Source: Pseudomonadota bacterium (GTDB lineage: Bacteria > UBA10199 > 2-02-FULL-44-16 > JAAZCA01). Taken from it: a stretch of DNA of 37,681 bases. The DNA is taken from contig JBDRBN010000006.1 of assembly GCA_043822785.1 (NCBI GenBank), forward strand, positions 1 to 37,681, given 5' to 3'. The position numbers and the translations under genes were made by a program. Each line of letters opens with the position of its first letter. Position 1 is the first letter of the stretch. Below are positions 35,449 to 37,681 of this stretch, piece after piece. The notes below the pieces were generated by a model, which ran no database searches, was not told the origin of the DNA, and was given only the letters and a program-made list of their open reading frames with translations.

Positions 35449-36704
35449 CTGCTTATCTGCTCGAATGTATAGACTGTGGCAAACATCATCTACCCACTGA
35501 TGCAAAATACCTTTGCCCCACATGCGGTACAAAGCGCAAGGAGATGGAACCGCTCTCTGGGCTTTTGCGCTGCATCTACGATTATGAGACTGCAACCAAG
35601 TTTTTTACTGAAGAAAGCCTCTCACAAAACAAAGCAGAGGGGTTTGAGCGATGGGCGCCACTTCTGCCCCTTGAATCCATGACATCTTTGCCTCCGCTCT
35701 TAATCTCCGCCACTCCCTTGCGAGCAGCTGACAAGCTTGCAGACGAGTTTGGACTCGATAGCCTTTGGCTTAAGGACGATACGGTCATGCCCACTGCATC
35801 GTTTAAGGATAGGGCGTCTAGCCTGGTCGTGGCCATGGCAAAGGAGTTGGGGCATGCAACTATAGCCACAGCCTCAACCGGCAATGCTGCAACTGCGCTT
35901 GCAGGATATGCAGCAGCTGCAGAGCTTAGCAGTGTGATCTTTGTCTCTGCGTATGCTCCAAAGGCAAAACTTGTACAGATAGTTGTGTATGGCGGCCAAC
36001 TGATTTTGCTCGATACAAATTATGATGGAGCTTATGAGCTATCGATTCAGGCTTGCGATGAGCTTGGATGGTATAACCGAAATACCGCATACAATCCCTT
36101 CACTGTTGAGGGCAAGAAGACCGCAGCGTTTGAGATATGGGAGCAGCTCGAGTATCACGCACCAGATTGGGTGATTGTGCCTACCGGAGATGGAGTGATC
36201 GCCGCAGGTATTGAGAAGGGTTTTTCAGATCTTGCAGCCATGCGTCTTATCGAACGAGTGCCAAGACTTGCGCTCGTGCAAGCTGCGGGTTGCAAACCCA
36301 TAGTAAAGGCCTTTGAATCAGGTGCAGATGAGATCGTGCCTGAACAAAACCCTAAGACAATTGCAGATTCAATACAGGTTGGGGTGCCAAGGGCGGGGCG
36401 TTGGCTGCTAAAAGCCCTTCGCACGACAAATGGCGTTGCTTTGGCGGTTGATGACGGCGAAATTTTAAATGCTATATCCGAGCTCGGACATACATCAGGA
36501 ATTTTTGCAGAACCTGCAGCAGCAGCTTCCATCGCAGGCCTTAAGAAGCTAGTCGCAGATGGCATAATAGGATCAGATGATACAGTGGTCGCCTTGATTA
36601 CGGGCAGTGGCCTAAAGGACGTGTCAGCTGTAATGAAGGCCATGCAGATTCCAAACCCAATCGAACCTACGCTTGATGCGGTGAAGAGAATGCTGAAATT
36701 CTAA
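35445..36704 (+). CDS. thrC: Threonine-synthase-like PLP enzyme
   Basis: N-terminal CxxC..CxxC, PTASFKDR, ASTGNA, EGKKT, ITGSGLKD. Confidence 0.85.
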   Translation: MTAYLLECIDCGKHHLPTDAKYLCPTCGTKRKEMEPLSGLLRCIYDYETATKFFTEESLSQNKAEGFERWAPLLPLESMTSLPPLLISATPLRAADKLADEFGLDSLWLKDDTVMPTASFKDRASSLVVAMAKELGHATIATASTGNAATALAGYAAAAELSSVIFVSAYAPKAKLVQIVVYGGQLILLDTNYDGAYELSIQACDELGWYNRNTAYNPFTVEGKKTAAFEIWEQLEYHAPDWVIVPTGDGVIAAGIEKGFSDLAAMRLIERVPRLALVQAAGCKPIVKAFESGADEIVPEQNPKTIADSIQVGVPRAGRWLLKALRTTNGVALAVDDGEILNAISELGHTSGIFAEPAAAASIAGLKKLVADGIIGSDDTVVALITGSGLKDVSAVMKAMQIPNPIEPTLDAVKRMLKF

Positions 36705-37519
36705 CCCCACCTCCATAGCATATCGGTCTTTGTCTTAGGGTCATCTGGGTGAGGGCCTATTATTAACTCCAAATCAATGTTATGCCCCTTTAGGACGCTC
36801 TTAGGCTCAAGTGGGAGTATTCCTTGTTTCCAGTGGGTGATGGGCGCAAGTGGTGATGCGTCTGAAACTTCCTTTCCCCACCAAAAAGCCTTTGGCCAGA
36901 GTGCAACTGCGTGCGCAGTGCCAGCCGTTGTTATCGTAAACTTTGTTTTGATGTGAATGGATTTTGGAATGTGCACAGAAAAATCGATGGCTTTTAGCAT
37001 CACAGGTTTTGCGAGCAAGTCCTGTTTTTTCACTGCAGCTGTGTAAGTGACTTCATCAACCTTTGGCATGCGTCCTATTGGCGCTCCCCACAATTCGAGT
37101 TTTGTTGGAATAATTCTGCCACTGCGTTTGAGAAGGCGCTTTTTTGCATCTGTCAGAGTTGCGAGGATGTTTTCATCAAATGCGCAGCTTCCAACTGTTT
37201 CGCAGAGTATAACGTCAACGCGCTTAGGCAGCTCTACGTCAAAAGAAAGCTTATTCACAAATGAAATGTTTTCTATAGCGCCTGCCTTTTTGGCATTTTT
37301 CTTTGCGACATTCAGCGCGGCCTTGTCTGTCTCAATAGCAAAGACGTGTTTTGCGCCGGCTTTGACTGCAGCAATTGCAAGAATACCCAGCCCTGTTCCA
37401 ATGTCTATGACCGTATCACTTGGTTTTACTGCCTTGGCTACAGTGCGCAAAAGGGCAGGGGTACGGCGCGGATCACTCACCATATGCGCATGACGTTCTT
37501 TTGCGGATTTATTTGGCAT
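36701..37519 (-). CDS. Protein-arginine-methyltransferase-like SAM-dependent methyltransferase
   Basis: HAHMVSDPRRT, VIDIGTGLGIL, CETVGSCAFDE (double-E loop), THWKQG. Confidence 0.82.
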   Translation of the reverse strand: MPNKSAKERHAHMVSDPRRTPALLRTVAKAVKPSDTVIDIGTGLGILAIAAVKAGAKHVFAIETDKAALNVAKKNAKKAGAIENISFVNKLSFDVELPKRVDVILCETVGSCAFDENILATLTDAKKRLLKRSGRIIPTKLELWGAPIGRMPKVDEVTYTAAVKKQDLLAKPVMLKAIDFSVHIPKSIHIKTKFTITTAGTAHAVALWPKAFWWGKEVSDASPLAPITHWKQGILPLEPKSVLKGHNIDLELIIGPHPDDPKTKTDMLWRWG

Positions 37520-37557
37520 TATATCTGTAATCCAATATCTAATTTCCACTGCTGTCG

Positions 37558-37681
37558 CGTTAGAGGTGTTAACTGGTTGAAATATAAGAATTCATTTTTC
37601 TCATGTCTAGGTGTCATTGCGAGGAGCGTTTAGCGACGAAGCAATCTCCCGCAAACACAGGTTATAAGGGGATTGCTTCGC
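37558..37681. repeat. Terminal direct repeat, copy B, including a truncated REP-like element (37612-37681)
   Basis: Matches 1-124 with one mismatch. Confidence 0.97.

Noticed and set aside
21812..36704. Selenocysteine or frameshift recoding in the YgeY/SsnA-type cluster
   Set aside because: All ORFs appear full length with no in-frame TGA interrupting a domain.
1..37681. Plasmid or phage genome suggested by the terminal repeat
   Set aside because: No replication, partition, integrase or virion genes; content is chromosomal housekeeping; the repeat copies differ by one base and contain a multicopy REP.

Overview
A 37.7-kb bacterial chromosome-like segment; gene content suggests a deltaproteobacterial-type organism (inference). 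The left half carries signalling and housekeeping genes: a DnaJ-PilZ fusion, a double-receiver protein, PilZ, a TrmJ-like methylase, a CHASE2 adenylate cyclase / SH3 / M48 triad, Csp, trkHA, ldcA, nfeD-SPFH, pfkA, queA, a PPIase, acyP, ruvX and mltG. The right half carries a nucleobase-catabolism cluster (SsnA, PLP enzyme, allantoinase-like, YgeY, YgeW-related transcarbamylase, PreT/PreA-like, ThrC-like) resembling the anaerobic ygeWXY-hyuA-ssnA-ygfK pathway but with no ygeX or ygfK. It is split by an accessory block holding two orphan paralogues, a lipoprotein and an MNT-HEPN pair. A eukaryote-like PRMT ends the window. The most notable non-coding signals are: (i) four exactly spaced copies of a variant sigma28-like promoter, CGCAACT-N13-RYCGAWAA, upstream of orphan or signalling genes; (ii) a 242-nt highly paired element upstream of queA; (iii) a candidate attenuator before the transcarbamylase operon; (iv) several nested REP/heptamer/nonamer repeat families; and (v) a 124-bp direct repeat at the two window ends that closes into one MITE-like locus. 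No rRNA, tRNA, CRISPR array, transposase or integrase was recognised. All assignments come from motif reading by eye; no searches were run.
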